A DNA stretch of 64,000 nucleotides from an uncultured Nitrospina sp. (GTDB lineage: Bacteria > Nitrospinota > Nitrospinia > Nitrospinales > VA-1), in NCBI GenBank assembly GCA_937891765.1, contig CALAGQ010000038.1, positions 9,079 through 73,078 of the forward strand. Reading direction: 5' to 3'. Both the position numbers and the translations under genes were made by a program. Shown here one piece after another: positions 39,518-48,926 of the stretch (the first letter of the stretch is position 1; every line of letters starts with the position of its first letter). The notes beneath the pieces were generated by a model. That model worked only from the letters and a program-made list of their open reading frames with translations. It searched no databases and had not been told where the DNA came from.

Positions 39518-39745
39518 ACCTTTGAAATACCGAAAACAAAGGGGTTATAGGATTTTCACTCACAGGAAACCCTTCCCGCCAACCCCGCAACAACCCGAAC
39601 TTAATGCCCAAAAATCAGAGTGTTTCACTCCTCCATCCGGGCTCAGAGAACCTTGAGCGGGAAGCCCTTTGTTTTCAAAAAAATATTAAAAAAATCGCTT
39701 TTTATTAGCCCCAAAAATTGGGCGCAATTGTTCACAAGAAAGAGA

Positions 39746-39760
39746 GCAAGGAATATGCCA
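39746..39760 (-). promoter_or_regulatory. sigma-54 -24/-12 promoter upstream of tpsB-tpsA
   Basis: minus strand TGGCATATTCCTTGC has GG-N10-GC spacing. Confidence 0.55.
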
Positions 39761-40072
39761 AATGGTGGGGCCCGCGTAAAAACAAGTAACCCATTTAAAA
39801 ATAACTAGTTATAGAAATTTTTAATGGGGCTTTGAGACGGGAAATTGGAGCTCAATGGTAATAATTTCACCGGCCCGTCAATAAATTGTTTTTTTCTCTG
39901 ATTTACGGGATATCGGGGTGGGTAAAAATCGGATTTCCAATAATAAGGGGTTTTTCAAATATTTTGCGCTTAATAGATTTACAAATCTGTCTTTATTATC
40001 TATGATAACTGCAAAAAACAGCCCTCTTTGATGGAATCATATGGATACAGGCCAACTTGAGGAACTCGAGTC

Positions 40073-40279
40073 ATGACAGGGAAGAACTCGATGATAACTT
40101 TGAATATGTGCGATTTTTGTTCGCACGAGAGGTCTGATTGTGGCGCCCAACCCGTTCTGGTTGATTCGCTGAATCTTGATAACCTCAATTCGGAGCAAAA
40201 AGGCTCCGTCGTAGCCTGCGATAAATATAGAAGTCCTGTGGATGTACTCAAAGAGCGGTTTCACGACCCCAACCTGTAG
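40073..40279 (+). CDS. small Cys-containing hypothetical protein, 68 aa
   Basis: GAGGA RBS; CDFC..SDC..ACD. Confidence 0.55.
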   Translation: MTGKNSMITLNMCDFCSHERSDCGAQPVLVDSLNLDNLNSEQKGSVVACDKYRSPVDVLKERFHDPNL

Positions 40280-40464
40280 GAACGCCTCAATTCCAGATTT
40301 TTTGAACACCCCCTTTCCTGTTTTCTAGCAGGTGTCTGAAGTGACTCAGAACAGTTATTCTCCTTTTCCAATCTTTGCAGGGTTGTAACAATGGCTTAAC
40401 AGACATGTAATGCTCACAGCCTAAACTTTTTCCTATAACATGCACTTCGTAAGGGGGAGACAAT

Positions 40465-40962
40465 ATGCCTTGGGAAAAAGACCGGAAAAAAAGATTAGCT
40501 GAATATCTTTGGGCGGAGATCAATAAAGCAATCCTGAAATCTCCCGATGTCCAGTTCTCCGTAAAAAAGCTCGAGAAGTTACAACTCCTTGATTATGTTT
40601 CGGAGTTTAATCTGGTATTGGAAGTGGACAAGCTGATAGAAAGCATTTTGAAAAAAAGTGCGGTGCGGGAAGCCAAAACCTTGGACTTGGAAAAATTGAA
40701 AAATGAGTTTTTGGAAGCCAAAACCAACTTTGCCCACGAAGAAACACAACTGCATGACGAGCTTGATGAGCCTGACGAACCGAAGTTTGACCCGGTAGAA
40801 AAAAAATTACCAGATATTTCATCACCCTTTTCTCCCCAGCCCCTGCAACAGATTGACGGCGAAGCCCTGTCAGAAAATGAAATCCTCTTTGAAGAATATT
40901 TGAACCATGGGTTCGATGAAAAAGACTGGATGAAAGAAGCCAAAATCCGTTTCAACAGCTAG
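40465..40962 (+). CDS. hypothetical protein
   Basis: GGAG RBS, 165-aa acidic ORF. Confidence 0.75.
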   Translation: MPWEKDRKKRLAEYLWAEINKAILKSPDVQFSVKKLEKLQLLDYVSEFNLVLEVDKLIESILKKSAVREAKTLDLEKLKNEFLEAKTNFAHEETQLHDELDEPDEPKFDPVEKKLPDISSPFSPQPLQQIDGEALSENEILFEEYLNHGFDEKDWMKEAKIRFNS

Positions 40963-41028
40963 TCTTACAGCGAAGAAAGGGAAAACAACCGTCAGACCAG
41001 AAAAACATAAATGCGAAACAAAGCCCCC

Positions 41029-41292
41029 TCATGGGGTGGTGAGCAAATGATCGGCGATGAGGATGATGTTCTGCTTGTTGACAGCCAAAAATTCCGATCT
41101 GAACAAAACATTCCCGGTCACCAGGCAATAAACCGTTGCGTCAAGAATCGGGATAAAATTTTCCTCTCCCTGATTCAACATATCCAAGAGACGATTGCTC
41201 GGGAGTTTGGAAATCTTTCCTTCGATTTTTTCACCAGAAGTTCGAATCACCGCGTCCACGGTTTCCTTGTGCACAAAAGCGTTATAAGCCAT
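41029..41292 (-). CDS. small beta-rich hypothetical protein (DUF6812-like)
   Basis: IEGKI..RLLDMLN..FIPILDA..FLAVNKQNI. Confidence 0.65.
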   Translation of the reverse strand: MAYNAFVHKETVDAVIRTSGEKIEGKISKLPSNRLLDMLNQGEENFIPILDATVYCLVTGNVLFRSEFLAVNKQNIILIADHLLTTP

Positions 41293-41466
41293 AGCCTGAT
41301 CCCCTTAAAATTCTAATAGTTCGCCTGTTCGCTTCTTAATCGGATGAGTTTATTTTAACTCCCAAAAAAATTAAAATCCAGCAAAAACCTTTTTAGTTTC
41401 AATAGGCTACAGGCTTAAAACCGACTCAGCGCTATTCGCGTCCTTCTCTCTTTATGGGCGGAGTAC

Positions 41467-41555
41467 CTCCGCTGGTAAATTGCAACGTCTTCATCTTGCG
41501 GGCAAACATGTTCTCGGCCTAACGAGCTATTGCTCACTGGCCCCACGCCAAGTGG
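41467..41555 (-). repeat. full-length copy of the CCACTCGGCGTGG element
   Basis: aligns with 18243-18326 and 59213-59310; creates the spurious N-terminal extension of ORF 41480. Confidence 0.8.
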
Positions 41556-41644
41556 AAGGTGGCTGCCCCCTATGTTACAATCCCCGGGCCACAAGAAATC
41601 TCCGTATTTCAAAATATTCTTATCCTTTCTGCCTGCAATTTCGC

Positions 41645-43687
41645 ATGAAAACAAAAACCATTTCAAAGCAAAATCCCGTTCGCTTGCAGGGCACCGATGG
41701 GGTGCGCCGGGAAATCAAATCGGCAACAGACTCCGAATGCAGGGGGCAGACTCCACAACAGGTGTTTCTGGAAAAAGGCTGCATCACTGAAGAGTTCATG
41801 GAGCTTTACGCCTATTGCTATGTCAAAAACCAGAAAAACTCAACATCATCTAAAAACAAAACTATCGTCATCGGCTGGGATCCCCGAGACCCTTCCGGTA
41901 TCTTTACCGAAGCCGTAGTTCGCGGTGTCCGTAAAGCCGGAGGCAAAGCTCTGGTTCTGGGTGTCGTACCGACTCCTCTGGTACCTTTGTTCATGCTCCA
42001 TGAGGGCGCTGATGGCGGCATCATGGTCACCGCTTCGCACAATCCTAAAGACCAGAATGGCATCAAACTTTTTCTGCCTTTTCATGGCGTGAAGCCGTTA
42101 CCCGCTGACGATGCCGACCTGACCCGACACCTGCTCAAGCAAAACTTCGCCACCATTAAAAAAGCTCCTATCAAAGGAGGAAGAACCGATTGCCGACAAA
42201 ATGCCCTAAAACTGTTCCAGCATTTTTCCCTGCAGCCCAAAAACTCCTGGATCAAATCTCGCAACACACTTAAGAACCTCATCCTCGTGGTTGACCCTGC
42301 TTGCGGGGCGCTGGCAGGAGTCGCCGCGCAAGCTTTCCGGCAAGCCGGAGTCGGTAAAGTCTATGAAGTCAACAAAAGTGGTGCCGTCAATCTACGTTCT
42401 GGAGTCGCTGACCTGGAAGGGTGCCCGCGCATCACTGCAGACATGATCTTAAAACCCTCCGGAAATTTTCATCGCCACAAAGCCATCGTCAAACTGTTCG
42501 AAATCGGCCGAGCCAACCAGAAGTCCGCAAAATCTGGAAAAAAAAGAATTGCCGCTGCCGTCTTCGATGCAGATGGAGACCGCTTCTTCCGCCTCGAGTA
42601 CGATCCATTTCAGGATCTTCTATGGGTCTTAAGTGGCGACGAGACCGCCATCCTGCAGGCGCAGTATCTGGTGTCCCACAACAAGTACGGACTTTATATC
42701 AATACCGTGGAGAGCGACCTCAATGCTTCCACCGCCGCCGAGTCGATGGGACTGAGCCCGCTCCTCACCGCTGTCGGCGACAAATGGATTCTGCTTAAAA
42801 TCCGCCTCGCGCTGTTAGAACAAAAACTTCTCGCAGCAAAACTTGCGCCGAAAAAGCGAGCAGCATTAAAAAATAAAATCAAGTCGCTGCAAAAAAATGG
42901 AGTGACGAGTGTAAACACTCTCTTGAACCTGGAGACATCCATCCCCGAAAACCCGACAAAAAATAATTCAGAAGTTCTCGCCGTAGGCAGTGAGGAAACA
43001 GGGCATAACATCACCACCGGCACTTTAACCTTGCCCAATAAAAAAAAGGTGTCGGTGTATTCCGGCAATGGGTTAAAAAGCGCTCTCAATACCTTTGCAG
43101 CTACCGAACAACTGGCAACAACCCTGTCGCCGCAAAAGTATATCCAGTCTATACGCCAGCCATTTTCCCCGGGCTTTAAATCCACCCTTTATACGTACTA
43201 TATCCACCAGGATCTATTCTATAGAGATTCGCAAGTGTGGCAAAAAGTGAAGCGGTTGTTATTGCAGACTGCAAAACAATACGGATACTCCGGCAAAACC
43301 CGAAATTTCGCTGACGACCCGGATATGTTATATATTTCCCTTGCAGAGGGAAAAGCCGGTATCTTTGTGAGAAATTCCGGCACCGAAAATAAAATCAGCG
43401 TTAACCTGCGTGGCAGGAAATCGGATACTGGCAAACTGAAAAAAATCGGCTTGGAAATTCTGAAACTATTGTTCTCCCTGCTCAAAGACCGGGACAATGC
43501 TCTTTATAAAATGGAATTGTACGCCCTCAGTCAAATCGCCTCACAACCGGTGACTGACGAAAAACTGGAAATAAAAAACCAGTACAAGTCGCGACTGATT
43601 GATGAAATGAGAAAGCAGAACCTGATTCAATCCGGCCCTGAGGGAAACTGCCTGACCCTTCTCGGCAAGTGGTATATAATCCACTAA
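41645..43687 (+). CDS. alpha-D-phosphohexomutase (GlmM/PMM-like), enlarged; start 41645
   Basis: GTDGVR, TASHNP phosphoserine loop, FDADGDR metal loop, SEETGH, VRNSGTE. Confidence 0.88.
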   Translation: MKTKTISKQNPVRLQGTDGVRREIKSATDSECRGQTPQQVFLEKGCITEEFMELYAYCYVKNQKNSTSSKNKTIVIGWDPRDPSGIFTEAVVRGVRKAGGKALVLGVVPTPLVPLFMLHEGADGGIMVTASHNPKDQNGIKLFLPFHGVKPLPADDADLTRHLLKQNFATIKKAPIKGGRTDCRQNALKLFQHFSLQPKNSWIKSRNTLKNLILVVDPACGALAGVAAQAFRQAGVGKVYEVNKSGAVNLRSGVADLEGCPRITADMILKPSGNFHRHKAIVKLFEIGRANQKSAKSGKKRIAAAVFDADGDRFFRLEYDPFQDLLWVLSGDETAILQAQYLVSHNKYGLYINTVESDLNASTAAESMGLSPLLTAVGDKWILLKIRLALLEQKLLAAKLAPKKRAALKNKIKSLQKNGVTSVNTLLNLETSIPENPTKNNSEVLAVGSEETGHNITTGTLTLPNKKKVSVYSGNGLKSALNTFAATEQLATTLSPQKYIQSIRQPFSPGFKSTLYTYYIHQDLFYRDSQVWQKVKRLLLQTAKQYGYSGKTRNFADDPDMLYISLAEGKAGIFVRNSGTENKISVNLRGRKSDTGKLKKIGLEILKLLFSLLKDRDNALYKMELYALSQIASQPVTDEKLEIKNQYKSRLIDEMRKQNLIQSGPEGNCLTLLGKWYIIH

Positions 43688-43695
43688 CCGGGCCA

Positions 43696-43758
43696 CCACT
43701 CGGCGTGGGGCCAACTTGCAATATTAAATGGGCGAACAAAGAGTTTTCTCGGCTAAAA
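43696..43758 (+). repeat. CCACTCGGCGTGG element copy
   Basis: core 43696-43714 plus internal TCTCGGCTAAAAA. Confidence 0.75.
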
Positions 43759-43825
43759 ACTCCTCCCCCTGATAAGGGGGATTTGAGGGGGGTTGTCTTT
43801 TAACTAAAAAAACTCACCAACAATC

Positions 43826-44617
43826 ATGAAAGATTTAAACCTGTTTTTTTCAAACCTGATCGAGCCGGAGATTTTTGCCGGGTGCGAACAGGTGTGGGAC
43901 CCTTTAAAAACACTGGGTCCCCGGCTGGAAAAACTGATACACAAAAAAGGCGGATCTTATGCCACTCATTTGCCCGGAATAAAGACCACTCTCGATTCAT
44001 CCAGTTACCACCGTGGTGGCAAGGGATTTTATGTTGAGGACTGGATCGATCTGGCCGAATCCGTTTATCTGAAAGAGCTGGATATCTTCATCGGCAAGGG
44101 AACGCAGTTGGAGCCTTCGACTATTATCAAGGGTCCTGCCATGATTGGTGAAAACTGCGACATCCGGCAAGGCGCCTATATCCGCGGCAACGTCTTGATC
44201 GGAAACCACTGCGTCATCGGCCATACCACCGAAGTGAAAAACAGCATTCTTATGGATCATACCGAAGCGGGCCATTTCAATTATATCGGTGACAGCATTA
44301 TCGGCAGCCATGTAAACCTGGGCGCAGGATCGAAACTGGCCAACCTGCAATTTAGAAGCGCCGATGAAAAATTAAAAGACTATATCAAACCTATCCAGAT
44401 CCCTCTCGACTCTGGAATTATAAATACCGGAATGGGAAAACTGGGCGCGGTGCTTGGCGATAATGTTGAACTGGGCTGTAACGCCATCGTCTGCCCCGGC
44501 GCACTGATCGGCAAAGATGTCTGGGTCTACCCTAACCTGACTGTCCCCAAAGGCTATTACCCTGACGGAACCCTGCTCCTCCCGAAAGAGCGCAAACCCC
44601 GATCTCTGCAAAAATAA
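43826..44617 (+). CDS. left-handed beta-helix acetyltransferase resembling the C-terminal half of archaeal-type GlmU
   Basis: IRQGAYIRG, GHTTEVKNS, HFNYIGDSIIG..VNLGAG..LAN, KLGAVLGD. Confidence 0.85.
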   Translation: MKDLNLFFSNLIEPEIFAGCEQVWDPLKTLGPRLEKLIHKKGGSYATHLPGIKTTLDSSSYHRGGKGFYVEDWIDLAESVYLKELDIFIGKGTQLEPSTIIKGPAMIGENCDIRQGAYIRGNVLIGNHCVIGHTTEVKNSILMDHTEAGHFNYIGDSIIGSHVNLGAGSKLANLQFRSADEKLKDYIKPIQIPLDSGIINTGMGKLGAVLGDNVELGCNAIVCPGALIGKDVWVYPNLTVPKGYYPDGTLLLPKERKPRSLQK

Positions 44618-45117
44618 TGAATCAAGACAATACCCGACTCGATGTTTTTTTTGATATGTTCGACGCCGTCGAAGATGATATTTCCCTATTAGTTTCTGAT
44701 GATAACGAACAGGCGACAACGATCGGTGGCTATGAATGCCTGTTCATCGCTTTCAGCAATCTGCGTCTTTATTGCGAAAATGCCCAGATCCCTTTGAGCC
44801 AGATAGAAGAACAGTATCAGGCGCTGAAAGAATCGCCCGCTGACGAAAATGCAGAAGCCCTCCCGGTTCATGAAGACCTCGATGAAACTAACGAGGTCGT
44901 CAATTTCTGCAAACTGCTGGAACAGATTGAAAGCAGTTTTTCTGCTTTTGAGAAGCGTGCAGAAAATAGCGGAGAAGTCTTTGACGAATGGAACGGTGTC
45001 TTCATCATGTATTCCTATCTCAGGAATTATTGTGCGAAAGAGAAAGTCGATTTCGAAAACCTCCAGAAAGAAATCTCGAGCCTCCATTCTGAAATGAAAA
45101 AAGACGAAAATTCCTAG
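44617..45117 (+). CDS. acidic hypothetical protein with an internal duplication
   Basis: LFIAFSNLRLYC versus VFIMYSYLRNYC; overlaps the previous stop by one base. Confidence 0.75.
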   Translation: MNQDNTRLDVFFDMFDAVEDDISLLVSDDNEQATTIGGYECLFIAFSNLRLYCENAQIPLSQIEEQYQALKESPADENAEALPVHEDLDETNEVVNFCKLLEQIESSFSAFEKRAENSGEVFDEWNGVFIMYSYLRNYCAKEKVDFENLQKEISSLHSEMKKDENS

Positions 45118-45246
45118 AAAACCCGGATATTTTGCAGAATCCGCTACTATTAAATGATATATTGGGTTTGGAGGTTTTCTGCGGGCGCAACCCCACGAAA
45201 TAGCTGAAAAATCCAGAGCAAAACACACTAAGCCATTGAGTTATAT

Positions 45247-45329
45247 GCGGATGTGGCGGAACTGGCAGACGCGCTGGATTTAGGATCCAGTGGGCAACCG
45301 TGGGGGTTCGACTCCCTCCATCCGCACCA
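45247..45329 (+). tRNA. tRNA-Leu(TAG)
   Basis: acceptor GCGGATG/CATCCGC, anticodon arm CTGGA-TTTAGGA-TCCAG, long variable arm, GTTCGAC, encoded CCA. Confidence 0.97.
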
Positions 45330-45490
45330 CCACTCGGCGTGGGGCCAATGAGCAATGGCTTTTGTTGGCCAGAAAATAGATATCTCGGCTTAAAAAGTGC
45401 TTACTACCTGCCCCTGCGGCGAGCACCACTACCCGTGGGGGGGGGGGATGAGCAATGGCTTATTGGGCCGAGAAAACGATTGCCCTTAAA
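45330..45490 (+). repeat. two tandem units of the element (96-bp period) abutting the tRNA CCA end
   Basis: cores at 45330 and 45426; G11 tract 45437-45447; the second unit matches the reverse complement of 59235-59310. Confidence 0.85.
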
Positions 45491-45521
45491 ATAAAAACAT
45501 TCAAATTACCATTGGAAATTT

Positions 45522-46868
45522 ATGAAAATCGAGATCGAAGACGTTGATTCCTGTAACAAAAAAATCAAGTTTGAAATCCCTCATCAGGAATACGACAAAA
45601 AGCTGAAACAGTATTATCAGAAGCTCGGGCAACAGGTTAAGGTTCCCGGGTTCCGCAAAGGAAAAGTGCCCGTCGCCATGCTGGAAAAACAGTTTGGACC
45701 GGATGTTAAAAAGGAAGTGCTGAGCAACCTGATCAGCGACCAACTCAATATCGCCATTACTGAAAAAGACCTGCGCGCGGTGGGCCAGCCCCATCTTTTG
45801 GAAGTCAGTGCCGAAGACGGAACAGATATCTCTGTTTCCGCATCTATCGAAGTGCTCCCCACTGTAGAACTCAAGGACTACTCCAGCATTGAACTGAATA
45901 TGAAAACGCCACGCATCACCGATGACGATGTCAGCCAAACTATCTTAGTGATGCGCCAACGTAAAGCCACGATCATCGATGTGACCGACCGCCCCGCGCA
46001 AGATAAGGATTTGCTCAAGATAGATTTCACCAGCAAGCTCGGCGATGAGCCCTTTGAAGGAGGGACTGCCAAGGACCAGATCGTCCAGGCTGGAGGCGGG
46101 CAATTGATCGAAGGACTTGACAAGGGCATGATCGGTATGGAAATCGGCGAAACCCGGGACATCACGGTGCAGGTTCCTGCGGATTACCACAATAAGGAAC
46201 TCGCCGGGAAAGATGTCGATTTTCAAATTGTGCTGAAAAGCATTCAGGAGCAACAACTGCCGGAACTTAACGATGAATTCGCCAAAGGCATCGAGGACAA
46301 AAATTTTGCAAGCCTCGATGACATGAATCAGAAAATCCGCTCCGAACTGGAAGACTTTGAACGTAAAGAAGCCAAGAAGACTTTGAAAAAGGAACTGACA
46401 GCAAAAATCACCGAACAGAATCATTTAGATCTCCCTGAAGGGCTGGTGAAAGAGCAGGTCAAGTTCATGGTCGAACAGGCGCAGAAAAAACAGGGGAAAG
46501 AAACCCACGGTCATGGCCACGATCACGACCATGATCACGAACACGGTGTCGAGGTGACTCCTGAACAGCTCAATCAGTATCGCGAACCGGCCATGAAAGC
46601 CCTGCTGGAAGAATTGATTCTCGACCAGTTGTCTCGCGATCTGGATGCGCAAGTCAGCGAAGAGGAGTTGGAACAGGAGCTCAAAAACATGTCCCAATTA
46701 CTGGGTGGGGGTAACCTGCAACAGATAAAACGGGAATGGGAGAAAAATGGGGTTCTCGCCCGCCTGCACAGTCGCATGAAACGGGAGAAAACCCTTGACG
46801 CTGCGCTGGAAAAAGTAACAATAAAAGAAGAAATAGTTGACAGAAAAGATTTAATTGCTGATAATTGA
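45522..46868 (+). CDS. tig: trigger factor
   Basis: VPGFRKGKVP, FKBP domain (FEGG, LIEG..GM), position before clpP; His-rich insert. Confidence 0.95.
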   Translation: MKIEIEDVDSCNKKIKFEIPHQEYDKKLKQYYQKLGQQVKVPGFRKGKVPVAMLEKQFGPDVKKEVLSNLISDQLNIAITEKDLRAVGQPHLLEVSAEDGTDISVSASIEVLPTVELKDYSSIELNMKTPRITDDDVSQTILVMRQRKATIIDVTDRPAQDKDLLKIDFTSKLGDEPFEGGTAKDQIVQAGGGQLIEGLDKGMIGMEIGETRDITVQVPADYHNKELAGKDVDFQIVLKSIQEQQLPELNDEFAKGIEDKNFASLDDMNQKIRSELEDFERKEAKKTLKKELTAKITEQNHLDLPEGLVKEQVKFMVEQAQKKQGKETHGHGHDHDHDHEHGVEVTPEQLNQYREPAMKALLEELILDQLSRDLDAQVSEEELEQELKNMSQLLGGGNLQQIKREWEKNGVLARLHSRMKREKTLDAALEKVTIKEEIVDRKDLIADN

Positions 46869-46991
46869 AACTAACCATTATAAAGATATCTAACTATTTT
46901 TTAATGCCTTACACGCAAAAAACGCTCTCTGAACCGCAGCCGAGTTCAGAAAGATGTTTTTCCTTGCCTAATTCCTAATCTCGAGAAAACA

Positions 46992-47627
46992 ATGACCGAA
47001 ACTTACAACCAGTTGGTACCTATAGTAGTTGAACAAACCAGTCGGGGCGAGAGATCTTATGACATTTATTCGCGCCTTCTCAAGGACCGTATCATTTTTA
47101 TAGGAAGCCAGATTGAAGATCATATGGCCAACCTGATCATCGCCCAGTTGCTGTTTCTGGAATCGGATGAGCCCGATCAGGATATCTATCTCTACATCAA
47201 TAGTCCGGGCGGCCAAGTCAGTTCAGGAATGGCCATCTATGACACCATGCAATATATCAAGCCAGATGTTCAAACCATCTGCATCGGCCAGGCGGCCAGC
47301 ATGGGAGCCCTGCTCCTCACAGCTGGCGCTCCGAAAAAACGATTTGCGCTGCCGCATTCACGCATCATGATCCACCAGCCGAGCGGTGGGTTTCAGGGGC
47401 AGCACACCGATATTGAAATTCAGGCTAAAGAAATCACCAGAATCCGATCCATTCTCGATGGCATCATGGCCCAACATTCAGGGAAAAGTGTTGCCCAGGT
47501 CAATAAGGATACCGAGAGGGATCACTATATGACCGGTGAAGAAGCCAAGACTTATGGCCTCATTGACAGCGTCATCAGCAATCGTGAAGAAGTCAAGAAG
47601 GACGACAAGAGCAAAAAGAAAAGTTAG
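46992..47627 (+). CDS. clpP: Clp protease proteolytic subunit
   Basis: [30 protein letters not shown]. Confidence 0.98.
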   Translation: MTETYNQLVPIVVEQTSRGERSYDIYSRLLKDRIIFIGSQIEDHMANLIIAQLLFLESDEPDQDIYLYINSPGGQVSSGMAIYDTMQYIKPDVQTICIGQAASMGALLLTAGAPKKRFALPHSRIMIHQPSGGFQGQHTDIEIQAKEITRIRSILDGIMAQHSGKSVAQVNKDTERDHYMTGEEAKTYGLIDSVISNREEVKKDDKSKKKS

Positions 47628-47674
47628 TTCCAAGCGAATAAGCGTTCCATTCCAACCCCTTTGGAGAGGGCTTT

Positions 47675-48922
47675 ATGGCAAAGAAAAGTACAACCACCGG
47701 AAACTACCGCTGTTCTTTTTGCGGAAAAAGTCAGGAAGAAGTCAAAAAACTGATAGCCGGACCCAGTGTCTACATCTGTGACGAGTGTATTGAGCTTTGC
47801 AATGAAATCATGGTGGAAGAGTGGGCCCAGGAAAAGGGCGAAGACTTCCAGCATCTTCTCAAACCCCATGATTTATACAAGCACCTTGACCAATATATAA
47901 TCGGCCAGGAACGCTGCAAAAAAATCCTCTCTGTTGCCGTCCACAACCATTTCAAAAGAGTCGACTCCAATCTGGATATGGGCGATGTGGAACTGCAAAA
48001 GAGTAATGTGCTTTTGATCGGCCCCACCGGGTCGGGAAAAACCCTCATGGCACAGACTCTGGCGCGAATTCTTGATGTCCCCTTCACCATTGTGGATGCT
48101 ACCACCTTAACCGAAGCCGGTTATGTCGGCGAAGATGTTGAAAACATCATTTTAAAACTCCTGCAAAACGCCGACTACGATGTTGAAAAAGCCGAGCGTG
48201 GAATCATCTATATCGATGAAATCGATAAGATTTCCAGGAAGTCAGAAAATCCCTCAATCACCCGTGATGTTTCCGGTGAAGGCGTGCAGCAAGCGCTTTT
48301 GAAAATCATTGAGGGCACAACAGCCAGCGTCCCCCCGCAGGGAGGCCGGAAGCACCCGCATCAGGAGTTTCTTCAGGTCAACACCACCAATATTCTTTTC
48401 ATCTGCGGCGGGGCATTCGTCGGACTGGACTCGTTGATCCGCAACCGTATCGGCAAGAAAAGCCTCGGGTTCGGACATGAAATCGTCTCCAAAAAAGAAA
48501 TTAATGAAGAGGATATTTTTGAAAAGACACAGCCGCAAGACCTGCTCAAATATGGTCTCATTCCGGAATTTGTCGGGCGTTTTTCAGTTGTCGCCACGCT
48601 GAAAGAGCTGACTATTGAAGCAATGATGCAAGTTTTGACCGAGCCTAAGAACGCTCTGATCAAACAATATAAAAAACTATTTGAGTTTGAAAATACCAGA
48701 CTTAAATTCACCGATGCGGCTGTCCGCGCCATCGCCGAAAAAGCGACCGAACGCAAAACCGGGGCAAGAGGCCTCCGTGCCGTTCTGGAAGAGACCATGC
48801 TCGAAATCATGTTTGACCTCCCCTCCCAGCCAGAAGTGGAAGAGGTGATCATCAGTGACGAAGTAGTCCTCAATGGCGAAAAACCCATGTTGGTTTACGA
48901 AAACAAAAAACAGGCCAGTTAA
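47675..48922 (+). CDS. clpX: Clp protease ATP-binding subunit
   Basis: CSFCG..CDEC zinc finger, [25 protein letters not shown] loop. Confidence 0.98.
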   Translation: MAKKSTTTGNYRCSFCGKSQEEVKKLIAGPSVYICDECIELCNEIMVEEWAQEKGEDFQHLLKPHDLYKHLDQYIIGQERCKKILSVAVHNHFKRVDSNLDMGDVELQKSNVLLIGPTGSGKTLMAQTLARILDVPFTIVDATTLTEAGYVGEDVENIILKLLQNADYDVEKAERGIIYIDEIDKISRKSENPSITRDVSGEGVQQALLKIIEGTTASVPPQGGRKHPHQEFLQVNTTNILFICGGAFVGLDSLIRNRIGKKSLGFGHEIVSKKEINEEDIFEKTQPQDLLKYGLIPEFVGRFSVVATLKELTIEAMMQVLTEPKNALIKQYKKLFEFENTRLKFTDAAVRAIAEKATERKTGARGLRAVLEETMLEIMFDLPSQPEVEEVIISDEVVLNGEKPMLVYENKKQAS

Positions 48923-48926
48923 AATC

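Noticed and set aside
39520-40070. Riboswitch in the long AT-rich tpsB leader
   Set aside because: No recognisable c-di-GMP, cobalamin, TPP or SAM aptamer motifs by eye; an Rfam cmscan would be needed
41480-41644. N-terminal extension of the phosphohexomutase ORF
   Set aside because: TTG start inside a repeat element; family homology begins at ATG 41645
48873-48926. Extended starts for lon, fmt (59831), UXS-like (60810) and GT2 (23678)
   Set aside because: They overlap upstream genes or repeats; downstream ATGs have a better RBS or coupling and match the family N-termini
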